DNA of 64,000 nucleotides from Saccostrea cucullata. Taxonomy: Eukaryota. The notes under the pieces were generated by a model. That model made no database searches. It saw nothing but the letters and a program-made list of their open reading frames with translations, and was not told the DNA's origin. The position numbers were made by a program, and so were the translations under genes. The stretch lies in the NCBI RefSeq assembly GCF_032062105.1, contig NW_026935527.1, positions 62,001-126,000 on the forward strand, written 5' to 3'. Shown here in pieces: positions 37,861 through 51,676 of this stretch (position 1 is its first letter; every line of letters starts with the position of its first letter).

Positions 37861-37989
37861 TTTCAGACGACACCACTTGCCGGATGGGGGCTGCAACGTA
37901 AGACAACGTTAATTGTAATTGAGTAGTGCAGGCTCTTTTCTGTGACGAGGAACTTTAGCGTATAAGTCTTATCCGCAGGACGGTTTCTA

Positions 37990-38125
37990 CGTCCAGCAAT
38001 GGGATTCAGGGATAAAAGCACAAACAATACACATCTATGAACAGGGCATAAACACATCTCTGGAAATGGCACCAGTGGGATCAAACACCTAGGAGAAGAA
38101 AGCATCCCCTGCTGACCAGTCATTG
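37990..38125 (-). mobile_element. Penelope-like 3' module, reverse orientation
   Basis: Reverse complement of tgggatcaaacacctaggagaagaaagcatcccctgctgaccagtca. Confidence 0.55.
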
Positions 38126-41100
38126 ATCAGATATAGACAGAATATTCTACTGTTAAAGTTTGTCATGTTTGTATAAAACAAAAAAATACGTTTAAAAATG
38201 TTTTGAAACGTACATGTCAGCCCCAATACGATGCAGAGTTAGATTGTACTTGCTAACTAGTTTATTACAACGCCTATAAAAATGGCGAAGTTTGTGAAAT
38301 CACTGTAAACTGAACTTATCTGTCAGTAACCTTAGAGCATGATTTTATATTTCAAGTAAGCTTGGGGTGATAAAAACCATATGAACGTGTTAACAAAATC
38401 AACTATATATTTTAAGTAAAATTGATGATGGAAAAAAACTAAAGATATATCGTTTGTCATCTATCAAGTTGTTAGTTGGTCTTGATAACCTTTTCTAAAT
38501 CAACCATTTAAATAGGAAGCAGACATGTCAGACTCTATACCTTTTATTTTGAATTCTCTGGGAATTTTCAAGTTGGCATATAGATGGAAGTAAATGATAA
38601 ACCGTTGTCAGTACATCTGAATTTCGATCTGAAAGTCAAACCAAGTGTCTCCTTCTTCTGCAGAAGTTTGCTTCAAAGGAATATTGATTAAAACAAGTTA
38701 GTGTCCACAGGATTTCCATCAGTTTTGGGAAGTCCGGGTCCCCAAAGACTACATAAAAGTGTCAGTAAGTAAACCCAGCAAACGTTTTATATCAACTTCG
38801 GAGTGCATCTTAGCTAAATCAGAGCAATTTTTAACAAACTAACTCATGAAAACAGCTAAAAATATCTATGATATGTTTTTGAAATACTCTATATCCTTAT
38901 TCCATGTGAAACTAAAATGGTGTTAGTTCGTGACAAAAATAGAATAAAAGTCGTGCAAATTAAAAGAAACTAAACACAAATAATCGTGTGAAAGGAAACT
39001 AAACTAAAGCAATCCCATGGGTCACAATACTTATCCGAGTAACTTTGGCTCTGAGACATAAGAAATACTAGAAGACGTTTTATCTTATTTCCATATCAAA
39101 CTTGAATAATGAGGAATGGGATAAAATCTAATACATGGTGATAATTTTATGTTACTGACCACGGTGCTCTTTGGAATATTGTATGTAATATTTTCATATA
39201 ACTCCGCTTAAGCGACTAAACCCTCTTGGGGCCTCAAATTAGGCCCCGCTGGAGCCCCTTCCACAAGAAATATGAAGAGGAAACAATGTATTTACAAGGG
39301 GATGTTGCATATCAATATGACCCACTGTGACCTTTTGGTTTTAATAGGAATATTGAAAAATACTTTATATTCTAACGGAAAGAAGTCTCGGGTCTGTAAT
39401 CCCATTAACAATATTAACTTGACACTGACAATGTTTTATATAACCCCCTGACCTTTTTTGATAGAATTGAGACTTTTCCTTGTTCGGAGACATTATACTG
39501 TATTTATAGACGTTAAATTAGAGGGTTTGTCACACAGTGATTTCTCAATGTATAATTGTTTAGAACTAACGTGATTTCAAAACATAATATAAAAAAGAAA
39601 GTAATTAAATATGCAATTTTGTTGAAGAGGAAAATATCACGATTTTTTCTTGTACTTTTTTGACATTGTGTCCCAGATTCCGTATACAAATTAAAAGAGT
39701 AAAATATCTTAAAAATAAATTTCATATAGAGTGCAAATGAATTAGCAATATTGAATATGAATAGAGAAGTATAAAGGAAAATGTAATAATCTTAAGTAGA
39801 TTCCCTGATAATTTTGAAGAGGAGTTTTGAGCTATATAGGGGGCAAACTTTCTAGTGTCCCGATGTTTTCATTTTATGCTATCACTTCTCGTCTTAAAGT
39901 CTATACATAAGATAGCAACTGGTCAAATCAATATTAAAGGTATATATTTAGAATTTTTTCTTTTCAAATTCTTATTGTTAATCAAATTACAATAAGTGCT
40001 TTAAAGTAAAGGATTAAATCTTTCTACGGTTTGTAGTCTTATATCTCTAAATAATAATTCTTTTGCGACATAAGTAAATTCAAATAACAAAAACATGAAA
40101 AATATATTACAAATTACAAATTATCTGCATTGAGAAAAACAAACAAGCAACATCAAAAAACAATAGATGTTAGTGAAGCATTGGCATTCTATATAATTAG
40201 GATAATTAACTCAGGTACAGCACTCTATATAAATTGGGACAATAAATAAATTATAATAACACCCTTTAGAAAAAGGTGTTCACAAACCTTTCCAAGAATC
40301 ATACAGCTTATGTATATTGATATATAGACATACTTTGCTACGTTTATTTTATAAATCACGTTTATCAAATTTTACACATCAAAATTAATGTTTTGTCATG
40401 CCGCTTGATTGTACTTTAAATCAACATGATTTATGTTTTGCAGTACTATTGCGATATTCTTGTACTTAAAAGTTACAGATAATATTCCGTAGATGACAGG
40501 GAAGAGTTAAAAGTTTTAACTAGGTCACCTTGCTCATCAATCAAAAAGATTCCTTCTGTTACTTAAATCTGTTTTTACTTAACACTGAAACATAGGATGA
40601 AGTTATCGAAAAATTAAGTTTGTTGTATAAAGAACATAGCCATCTGATTATCTCACGACTTAAAAAAGATACGATTAAAACAACAAGCAAATAGAACTCC
40701 GTATTCAAGCAATTCAAATGGAAACTGTTTTACATGATATAGATTAGATTATATTTTTTTTTTCCATTTTTGTGTGGTTCAGCATTTCTTAATATTAAGT
40801 TAGATGCAAAAGAATTAATGTTGAATCTATGTAAAAAAAATACTTTATATTAGACACTGCATTTGACTGATCAATACGATAAAAACCCTTGTGTTATATA
40901 GTCCTTGTCGAAGTGAGCATGGGAGATAATGAGTAACTAGCTCTGATCTGTCTAACTTGGTGAAGGTACAATATTACCTGGCCAACAGAGGCAAATCGGC
41001 ACTACATGAGGACAAAAACTTAAGTTATTCTATAAATGAAAATGACGTTAAACGTTCATTCATAAATATTATCATTGTATTAACAGCTTTATTTACTTTT

Positions 41101-44073
41101 CTAAATAGGCTTAGCGGGGTTTTTTTAAAATCAATTTCATTTACGTGGATTTACAATATTTCTGAAAGAGAAAATGAGCGATTATTAATGTTTTAAAAGA
41201 TGGAATTTTCAGTACACATTAATTTCACTGTATATAAAATATCATATTATAAAAACATTTGAAATATTTAGCTTCTTAATATACAGATATAACAATGAAT
41301 TATTTAGCATTTGTGTAATATTTGACGTAGCTAGTAGTTTTCGCCGAATAGTACTTTATCCTAAGCGGTTATCAATTTCCAGGAAATCAATCGCTGTGGC
41401 AACAATGGACATGAACAAATAGGTTAGATTCTACATGTGACAAACCATTAGTTTTACCTGTACAATATATGTGACATTCTCCAAGCAAAGTTTGTAAGTC
41501 AAGAGTTAAAAGTTTTCTGTGGATAGGGTTATTGACCTTTTTCTAAAATTTTACTCGTATATATAAACTTTCACGAGCACAAAATTACATTTGTAACTTA
41601 ATGGAAGTTATAAACAGAATAAAATTTTGGTGTAAGTCATAAGTTCTTTTGTAAGACTGTCCCAAGATCCAACCTATCAGTTTCCTATTGCCCACTGAGT
41701 ACTTTACCGACATTGATCTGTACGTGCTTCTCATTTTATTCTTTTATATTATATTATTTAAAGTCTAATAATGTTAGGATTCTTGAATGTTTCAAATGTT
41801 CTTCTTTTTTTTAGAATTATATAGAAGTCTATATTTAAGGAGATAGATAAAACATAGTAAGGGGAAGTAATCAAATGTTGAACCCGTATTTGATTAATTA
41901 ATCTGGATTTTGAACAAAGGTATTTAGACTTAATCAATATTTTTATCTAGTGATAAGGATTACTCGAAGTATTGGAATATAGCAATTTTTAAAATGCTTG
42001 AAAGAATTAAAAAAAAGTCTGAATCTCTTAACATTTAAACCTGTCCTTTCGGTTAATTTGTCTGACAAGGCAAAAGGAAATTTAATTTCAGGTAATGATA
42101 TTCGGTTGTTTATTAAGGTCATCGGTCGAAATATTTAGATTTATGTTTTTTTTTCTTAAGAATACACAAACTTTTTTCTTCGAATATAAAATTTATGGTT
42201 TTATGAGACATATGACATTAAAAGAAAACAGAGATTGATAGTCGCTATGTGTTTTGGCTTGCCAATTTGCTTTTCTTTTAAATTGCGCAACAAATACCGT
42301 TTCAGATAAAGTAATGATTCCCTTTTGTTTGCAAAAAATAATTTTTAGGGTTATATTGCCTATATTGAACAGATAGATATATAAATCTTAAAATTATAAT
42401 ATTTGTTTTTAGTCTTGGTCAGGATTAGTTTTACAAAAACCCGCTGATTTATTTAAACAATCAAAATTTCTAAGGGTATGGAACACGAAAAAAAGCACAC
42501 TGAACAGACATACTCTTTAGAGGGAGCATCGTATTGTCATTCCTCAAGTAATAAATGTAGGGATACTAGTAAATAACTAATCTGTGGGAGGGGATCCATC
42601 TAAAGGATACTTTTATGAGCGCATTCAATTTATTTAATTTCAGACTCTGGTTAAATGAAGTAAAAAAAACACCTTATCCAGTCAGAGAGAAATGGTCTGT
42701 AAGGAAAGAAAAATATTCAACATGTTATAATGATTCTGTTATAACTAGTGATAGAATTATCTTTATGTAGGCGTAATTATTTATTAATCATGATAATTGA
42801 CGATATTTACTATTTTAATGTCAATTGCGTGTTGGCCTTAGTGACTTAAATTAATATTACTTTAAAATAATCTTATATATGTATGTTCACAGAAGTAAAA
42901 TGTCACAGAAATATTTCTCTTTTATAATTTTAAATAGTATTCTTAATAAAGACGTCTTTAAAAACGAATTAAATGTACAAGGATCTAGGCTGTATATTAA
43001 AATCAGTCCAATTATGACAAAGCTTTTTATTTTTAATATTGCTTAGAAATATATAATTACCAAGGCCTTGAATTATAATAAACGTGCTTTCAAAATATAG
43101 ATTTTGAATTGTAATAAACGTGCTATCAAAATACAACCCAATTTTTTTCTTATTCAATTCCATTTTGGTTGTTCTATATAACTATTTTAAGAGTAACCTT
43201 CTTGTTAAGGTATATTCCAGAAATGTAATGGGAAAATGCCCACGGATCTAATAGTTAGATAGTGGTTTTTACCAAGGTCAACGGTCGACATATTTAGTTC
43301 ATTAAAAATTTACAAACAAATATCGCACTCTTAAAATGTAAGGTAGAGTTTTTATGAGACATATGCTATTCATCAACAATAAAAAAAAGTCAAACAAAAT
43401 GTTAGAAAAGTGTTGTAAAGATGGATGTAGCTTTGAACATCAGATCGGTTTGACGATACCACAAATGACAAAACGTAATTATAATAGCAGCAAATGTAAT
43501 TAAAGAACTTCTCAAACTACTGCAAAACACTCGATTTTTCGCTATGTGGATTACTTCGGTATATTATGCACTTGCATATATGATTCTTTATGACGACTTC
43601 TTTTTAAAAGAAAATGGTCTGATTTCTGGTAAGACCTTCGTACATTATACGTGTTCTAATTGCACCCCGCTATAAACAGACCTCACTTGACACAAAATAT
43701 TAGTATTCTTATTTTTAAAAAAATGTACGTTTAAAAGAAGAAGAAGAATTCTTCACACACATATACAAATTCTTCTTCCAAAACAAATCACATTGACCGG
43801 ACGGTCTAAATTCAAATATAAGGGTTTTAACTAGGCTTGTATTATGAATCCTTTTTATCAAGTTTTTATTTACTCCAATATGCTAGACAATAAAACACTG
43901 AATGTTGATGAAACTTCAAACATCATGTATAGAAATGATATAAAGAAATATATTTTTTATAATAATTAATGCTTTATCATTATATCATAATTGATGTACT
44001 TGGAATTTTAAAAATCGACTTAAACAAAACAAAACAAATTTTCAAGTAGTACAACTCTTTATTTAGTCTACAT

Positions 44074-45101
44074 TTAATAAGAACAGTGGCATGGTTTTCC
44101 CTGCGAAATAGAAAATTTCCAATCAGTTACTCAATGTTCACATTAATGTTTTAAATTTAGTTGTCAGTGCAATTGTAAATATATTCCCTGACACTTACCA
44201 GTGGTCTCTCGCAAACGTAATGATTAGCCTGGCCACAGCTGTCAACATGCCAATGGAATTTGTATGATCTCCAGAAAACACCACAGTTGTAGTCGCCATG
44301 TTCATGATAAACTGGTTCCTGGCCGTACCAGTCAAATTTGTGGCATGGCTTGACGGTGAATCCCCAGCACCATCTATGTTTATTTGGTCTCAGAACGTCA
44401 TTCAAAGCCAGCCATGCACCTCTTCTGTCTGAATGGCAAATGTATATATAGTTTTAACAAGTACTCACTGTACTCGTTAAGATTTTACACTGTTTTTTTA
44501 TTGTATGAAAGATGTGAGGGTAACAAACTAGTATTCTAGCTCAAATATGTATGTGTTATGTATATTTATGACTTACATCCATAAATGCTGCACATATGTC
44601 TTACGTATGTGTTTTCATGGGACTGGTCAATGGACACCAGGTATCCTCCCATAGCGACACATCTCATCTGTAACAAAGTAAATAAAACCATTGGTTAAAG
44701 AAAGACCCATTACAATATGCATGATATGAAATAAAACAAAGTTTTTTAAATACACTTATCCTAGATAAAGGGTTCGTACAAAAAAACAATTGCCACAAGT
44801 AAGGCAAATTATGCTTACAGAAGCTCTGTACCAGTTGAGTTTGTCTCTGCTGAACCAGTAACACCGTTTATTGTACTGATGCCATCCGTATGGGCATCCA
44901 CCAGAAACAACTTTGGCGGCAGCATACTTAAAGGCCCTGTACTTGGGAGCATTGCCGTAACTGGCCTCAGATACTTTAGGAAATAAAAATATGTGGCAAA
45001 TCATATTATTCTTTTTATAATTTTTGTAAATACTTGTAGTGGAAATACATACCAGCTAGGAATGTGGAAACCAGCAAAAGCAAAGCGACAAGTGTGTTCA
45101 T
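44074..45101 (-). CDS. Secreted C-type lectin-domain protein A1 (perlucin-like), 183 aa; exons 45101-45053, 44973-44819, 44667-44577, 44428-44199, 44100-44074
   Basis: MNTLVALLLLVSTFLA signal; CPYGWHQYNKRCYWFS...WYRASMRCVAMGGYLVSIDQSHEN...WLALND...EPV...NCGVF...WHVDSC...YVCE...GKPCHCSY*. All GT-AG, frame intact. Confidence 0.93.
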
Positions 45102-45482
45102 GATTGAAACTTTTCTCAATGTCCTAACTCACACTTTCATCGTGTATATATACCAAATGCAAAAGAAATCAATTCCTCATCATACATGCATATGAACAGT
45201 TGTTAAACACAATAAGAAGAAACGCCTCTTTCCATTTGCTTCATGATGAACATGAGTTTCCATGCTAGATTTCCAGAGAGTCATCGTATGCCTATAACAT
45301 ATAATCGGCTTAAGATGCAAAACAGATGTCTACATTGTTTTAAACATAAGTAATGTAAGAAATACCAAAAAATACGACAAGTAAAGGGCGTTCCAAATAT
45401 GCTTTTGGAATTTGCTGAGCACTCGAAAGAACATATATATAAGAGGGATTGTTGGCTTCGTCTCGAGTACTCTTAAGTCACC
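45102..45482. promoter_or_regulatory. 381-bp divergent (bidirectional) promoter region with two TATA boxes
   Basis: tatatata at ~45146-45153 (about 45 bp from the A1 ATG) and tatatataag at ~45435-45443 (about 40 bp from the B1 ATG). Confidence 0.65.
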
Positions 45483-46613
45483 ATGAACGCCTTCCTTGCT
45501 CTCTGTCTTCTGTTCAGCGTTATTGCCGGTGAATCATTTATCAAAATTCTTTCTTTCGATAGTTGAAAATTTTTATAAGTTTTAAGATTGCTTAAGCTTT
45601 GTTTTAATTCCTTTACAGTTGAAGGCAGTTATGACTATGCTCCCAAATACAGCAGTTTTGGATATGTTGCCGCCAAAGTCGCTAAAGGGAGTTGTCCTTA
45701 TGGCTGGACTTTGTATCACGGGACCTGTTATTATTTCAGCAGAGACAGACTGTCATGGTGGCAGGCTTCTGTAATTTAAGCTTTTGAACAGATGATATAC
45801 TGGGGTATAGCGTGAAAATAAGAGAATCCGTGTTTGATTAGAATTCTTGCTTTATTTTCCCTTAAACTGTTTCAGATGAAATGTGCCTCTATGGGAGGAT
45901 TTTTATGTAATGTTGACGAGGCTCACGAAAACACATACATCAGACATCATCTTGCTATGTACGGAGGTACGTTAACAATGGTACACTAAAACGGTGTTAA
46001 AAAATAAATGTGTGCAACGAAAATAGAAGTACTCAATTTGAAATACATATATGACAATATTTCTTATTTTCAAAAGAATATAGATGTAAAATATATCCAG
46101 TTACGCTATCTTAACAAATTGCCTAGCTAAAAAGTTTTTTAAAAAATTAAAGCTCTGAAGAAATTAACATATTTTTTCTATGCATCCGATGGAATATTCT
46201 TATCAAGAGCATGGCAAGAGAATCACATAATTTTATGTTTACAAAATAATTATAGTAAAGCCTGGAGCCTGGATGGCCCTGAACGACTGCCTCTACCCCA
46301 ACGCCCACAGATGGAACTGGGGATTCACCAAGAGGCAATGCCACAAGTTTGACTGGTACGGTAACGAACCTGTGTACCACAAAAAAGGAGACTGGAATTG
46401 TGGAGCTTTCTGGTCTAGCTACAAATATCATTGGCATGTCGATAGCTGTGCTCAGAGAAACTACTATGTCTGTGAAATGAAATTGGTAAAAAATTTTATT
46501 ATTTGTTGCATTAGGTGATGTCTAATTGTACTTGCATGATACATTCAAAGTTTATCATTTATTCATATATTATTTCTTTTATACAGGGAAAACCATGCAG
46601 ATGCCAGTATTAA
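45483..46613 (+). CDS. Secreted C-type lectin-domain protein B1 (perlucin-like), 181 aa; exons 45483-45528, 45619-45770, 45876-45966, 46256-46485, 46587-46613
   Basis: MNAFLALCLLFSVIA signal; CPYGWTLYHGTCYYFS...WWQASMKCASMGGFLCNVDEAHEN...WMALND...EPV...NCGAF...WHVDSC...YVCE...GKPCRCQY*; AATAAA at 46631. Confidence 0.93.
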
Positions 46614-47989
46614 TTCAATGTGAATTTCTTAATAAAAACTTCCTCAAGAAATATATCCAATTGTTAATAATGTTGTGTTATCTATCTGAATCTTTTGACA
46701 AAGAGCCATAAATATGTAAATGAGAAATTCAATAAATTTAGAAAAAAAATCAATGAAATTGACTAATAAAATTGGGTCTAGGAATTAGATATGAACGTAG
46801 AACGTCTTAGGACAAGACAGTTTTTAAAATTGCACTAGTTCAGTATTAAATATCCCTATGAAAGACAAGAAATTAATAACTAATTTATGTAATTTGACGC
46901 ATTAAAATACCCAGGGATTCATTTAAAAATCCCAAACCTCATTCAACATTCGATATTTGAAATACGCGATCGGAAATTCAAAAGTCAAGATTCTATACAT
47001 CAACTATATAAGTTACTATTTAGAAGGCATTTCACAATTACCCTTTGCTAACTCTTGAGAGTCAAGAAATCACATTTGAAAAATCAATATTGCAAGAAAG
47101 AATGTCAAAAAATAGCAAAATTATATAAAACAGATTGTTTGATTAGTTTAGCAAATTGTCATTAAACATTCTATACTGCCTAAAAACGAAAAAATTGATT
47201 TATAATAAGAATATTAGACTCTTATATTGACGAATGAGCATTGTTGGATGTCATAAATCAATGCACACAAAAAAATGTTAACATTTTTTTCACTGGATAA
47301 TAAATATTTGTCGATTTTTATTTTAGATAATTCTTTACAAAAATTAGATTTATCAATTTTCTTTGAATACACCTGATAGGTATTTTAAAAATGCGCTAGA
47401 ATATTATTTAAATTAATAGCCTTCATACGCAATGACATCAGAATATATTGGAAGTTACAAACGAAAGCGAATTTCATGCCAAGAAACGTACATTTAGAAT
47501 GATGCATCCATTTTTGGTGTGGTTTTTTAAAATTTAAATACATTTCCTATTAATTTCTTGGTTCTTAGAGTAGATAATTAATGTTTTTCAAATTTAAATT
47601 GAAAGTTTTTTTATTTAAATAACTATGTTCTTTAAGTACGTTCTATTTCATTCTGAGTCCAGGTGTGTCTACGTTTCTTGGATAATCATGCAAATGATAT
47701 TTACGGTAATACACCTGATCATTTAATTATAAAAATTCGAAAAAGCTTTTTAAAATACAAACTATTTAAAAAGAAAACATCATTCTTATCCATTGAATCA
47801 GTTATTTTGCCAAATTGAATAATAAACGTTTAAAAATAAATTCATTTTTAAGAATCATCATAGATGCCAGATTTTCCTTGTGTCAAAATATCATACGATT
47901 TGGTTTCTATGATATTTAACTTAAATCTAACATGCTCCTGAGAGAGACTAGTAATGAAAAATATGGAGATTACAATTAGAATTCAAGCT

Positions 47990-48490
47990 CAGGGATCAGA
48001 GATCGAATCAGATGCAATGGAGATGTGAGCATCCCTTTGCCGACCGTTAACTTGTCATGATCGGGAAATAGTAGAATATTTCATCATTTGAATGTAAAAC
48101 GTCAGTCAGCATTGGACTTAAAGATAGATTGTACTTGCTTATAAGGTCATTCTATCGACCAAAGAACTTGCGAATAGATGACTTATCGAGACTGTTGATA
48201 TTCTTGTTTCATCAACTTGTCTGTCAATAACTTACCTCGTTTTAGAAATTGTTCGTGCGTACAGCATGCTCTTAAACCAACTGAGAGATATGAACTACAA
48301 ATGCAGGTGAAAGTGGTATATTGCTATATATTGGATGAAGGATTTGTATTGCGATATACTGTGATGATTTTAGTTGTATGGCAATATGTATTACAATATT
48401 TTCAACGAAAATTTAAATGGTATGCTTTATTATCTTAATTTCTCGTTACATGCAGATTGTACACAACTCTGATAAATGACCAAGAAAAAA
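47990..48490 (-). mobile_element. Degenerate Penelope-like fragment joined to a hAT-MITE-derived segment
   Basis: atcagatgcaatggagatgtgagcatccc (reverse 3' module), reverse RT tail, then gtattgcgatata...caatattttcaacgaaa matching 57488-57552. Confidence 0.55.
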
Positions 48491-49357
48491 TGTTTCTTGA
48501 TATCATTACACTTATACAACAAAGATCCCCTACAACAGTTTTTACCTTCCTGTTTGGCAAAATCGTGAATGTTTCCGACGTCTTAAACTTTATACTTTAA
48601 ATCAAAAGTCATAAGTCCAAGTACTAGTAATTTCTCTCATATGGGTACTAAAAACGTATTGAAATACATTTTCTCATCATTCTGCAATACATAATACTTG
48701 CTTTTTTAAAGCTTGGAAAGCATTAAAAATTTAGGAAATAGCTGTTTTACCACAAAATTCAATGCAAAAAGTAATATGAAGATTTGTTCTCTTTAATTAT
48801 CATATCCTGTGGACAGTGGTTAAAAAAAGTTTAAGGTTCATTAACCCTCTGCTCACTCATATAAAATGTTGTTTGAACCTTAATGATTTTTCAAGAGAAA
48901 TGCAAACAATTGTACCATAGCTTGGGGGCAAAATTAGACAAAAAAGGAACTTCCACCTGGCAAATCAATAAAGAAATAATAGACATTTTGGTCATAAAGA
49001 GTTTTCTCTCTTATCAGGGTATCAATGAACCTTAAATGGTTAAGTTATTATAAAATAAAGGGAACGTTATGTGCATTTAGTCAGGAGAAAAAAGTAAAAG
49101 GATATTTTTGTGATCATGTCGACCTGGGACCTGAAATTACATAATTTTCCTAATGGTTTCATTATTTAAAGTGACATTTCCAGATAAAGTTTAAAATGAA
49201 CATCTGGCAGGAGGAGAGAGAGATTTTACATGAAGGAAGAAATGCAATTGATAGGACACAAATAAATGTACCAGTTATCCTGAATTTCACGTAAGTATTA
49301 AATAATGATTGTCTTAACAATTTCACATGTATAAGCTCAAGGGTTTATAATAATGAA

Positions 49358-49519
49358 NNNNNNNNNNNNNNNNNNNNNNNNNNNNNNNNNNNNNNNNNNN
49401 NNNNNNNNNNNNNNNNNNNNNNNNNNNNNNNNNNNNNNNNNNNNNNNNNNNNNNNNNNNNNNNNNNNNNNNNNNNNNNNNNNNNNNNNNNNNNNNNNNNN
49501 NNNNNNNNNNNNNNNNNNN
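49358..49519. other. Assembly gap (162 N)
   Basis: Run of N that truncates the last exon of lectin B2. Confidence 1.
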
Positions 49520-51676
49520 GGCATCTACAAGGTTTTTCCCTGAAATACAAATTTAAAATATAAATATATACACTCATACAACAAAAACCACTATCAAATT
49601 CAGAGTAGTCAAAATACCAGGTATATATATGAATATTCGAAAAATAAAATTACATCACCGCAACTTTACAGAAAGTCCCCAGAAAATCAAATAATGACGT
49701 TTATTATATAAAAAAAAGGAAATTACCAATTTCATTTCACAGACATAGTAGTTTCTCTGAGCACAGCTATCGACATGCCAGTAGTATTTGTAATGCTGCC
49801 AGAAAACTCCACAGTTCCAGTCCCCCTCTGTATGATATACGGGCTCGTTACCGTGCCTCGTTAGGGTAAAGGCAGTCGTTCAGGGCCATCCAGGCTCAAG
49901 GTGTTACTATTATTAAATAGAAATTGTATATCCTCGAGTATGCGAATTATAACATGGCATAGTTCACCTACATATTAGACGGAATGAAAACAACTAGAAA
50001 CCATTTCCCAGTTGCAGGAAAAAGATGAAAAAAAATTTATACATTTTGTATCACAAAAAGGGTGAAGATAAACAATAATATATATATATACTCTATTGAT
50101 TCATAAACAGAGATAAGATCAGGGGGTCGTAACATAAAGGCTACTTAAGTTTAAGACAGTGCTTAAGTACGACTTAAGCACAGTATAAAACTTAAGACGT
50201 AACTAGAAGCGTACTAAGATTTGGCAATCTTAGCAAAACTTAGGCAGCCGTTAAAGGTGACTTAAGTATAACTTAACTTTCGTATGCATATATTTAGAAC
50301 TATTCTATGTTAACTTTTGGTGTTAAAGCATTCCTCTATTCATATTATGCTTTAAAGAATATAATAATTCCTAGTAAATACTATTATTAGAATTTTTTGG
50401 TTCGGAGGTTGGGGTGGTTACTGATCAATTATTCCACTATTACTGTAACGATTTTACAAAGAACAAATGATTATCTATTGGGTCCGCTTAGGATTCCTTC
50501 CTAAGAATCACGTTTATAATAGAAATAAAACAAACTTCAATAACAATGGCGAACAACTGACTGAATTCACTATATATATTTTTCCTAGGTCCTATCTGGA
50601 TAATGATTAGAAAACTAACTATAAAACAAACTATAACAACAGAATCACTAACAATCAAGCAAATAATCAAATATAAAACCTATCCCTGTAGTTGCAGACT
50701 GAGTGGTATAACCAACAATTATGTTGTTTCCCGACACAGTCTGCAACTACCTAAAAAGCACCCCCTAAAAGTCACTGAGACACCTTTATTAAAAGTCACC
50801 AAGACACTATATAAAATAAGTCACCAAGACACTATAGTCACTGAGACACATACAAGGAACTAGATTCTTAAGCTGAGTGGTCTAACGAATAATTCTGTTG
50901 TTTCCCGACACAGCCCAAGAACCTAGCCCAGGAGGTGTTACTCAAACGATGAGTAACGACCAAGTAACCAAATACTTCACGGGTGTTTGTATTTATACTC
51001 TTTCTACTTCCAAATGATTGGATAATAATTTGCAAACTCTGATGGCTATAATGTAAACGTTGATTGGTTATTATCAAATTATTCTATTGGACGATTTCAA
51101 AGGCATTTCAATCCACTATGATTATTCTATTTCATTACATTACTCTCAAGACACCGTCAAGTCATGTAAATGCAAAATTTAATTTTAGAGATACGTCTGA
51201 AATTAGTGGGACCTAAATCGGTTATAAACAATCCACTAATCACTATAAGTAAATTGAACACAGTTATAGTCTTAATCATGGATCTGCATGTTGACTTTAA
51301 AAATATGAGATGAAATAGATTTTTAAACACAGAAAAAATATTTGGGAGTAAGAGGATGAGGAGCAAAAACTAATAAAGAGTACTAGTGTCTGTAAATAAA
51401 AATATGTAGAACGACAAGCGCGATCTTTGCAGTCTTTGCTTGCTGACATGTACTGATACATCGGGGGGGGGTCTAAATGGTGAAAATGTTTTGTACTTTT
51501 TGTAGAGTTTTAATTTCAAGTAGACAGACGTTCGGTTCGCTGATATTAGATAAGACGCCGAGGTGAGAAGACGTGCTTAAATTTGGCTCCTGATTTTACC
51601 TGAGCTACCTGTGCAATTACTCTGATTGGATTACAAAATAAGTCCTGTTTTCAATAATCACTATGTAGTAAATCAA

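Noticed and set aside
27000-43900. Many 60-90 aa ORFs between tyrosinase and the lectins
   Set aside because: Low-complexity F/I/K/L composition, no recognisable domains or consistent splice chain; a small or non-coding gene cannot be excluded.
49323-49577. ORFs spanning the N run
   Set aside because: Artefacts of the assembly gap.
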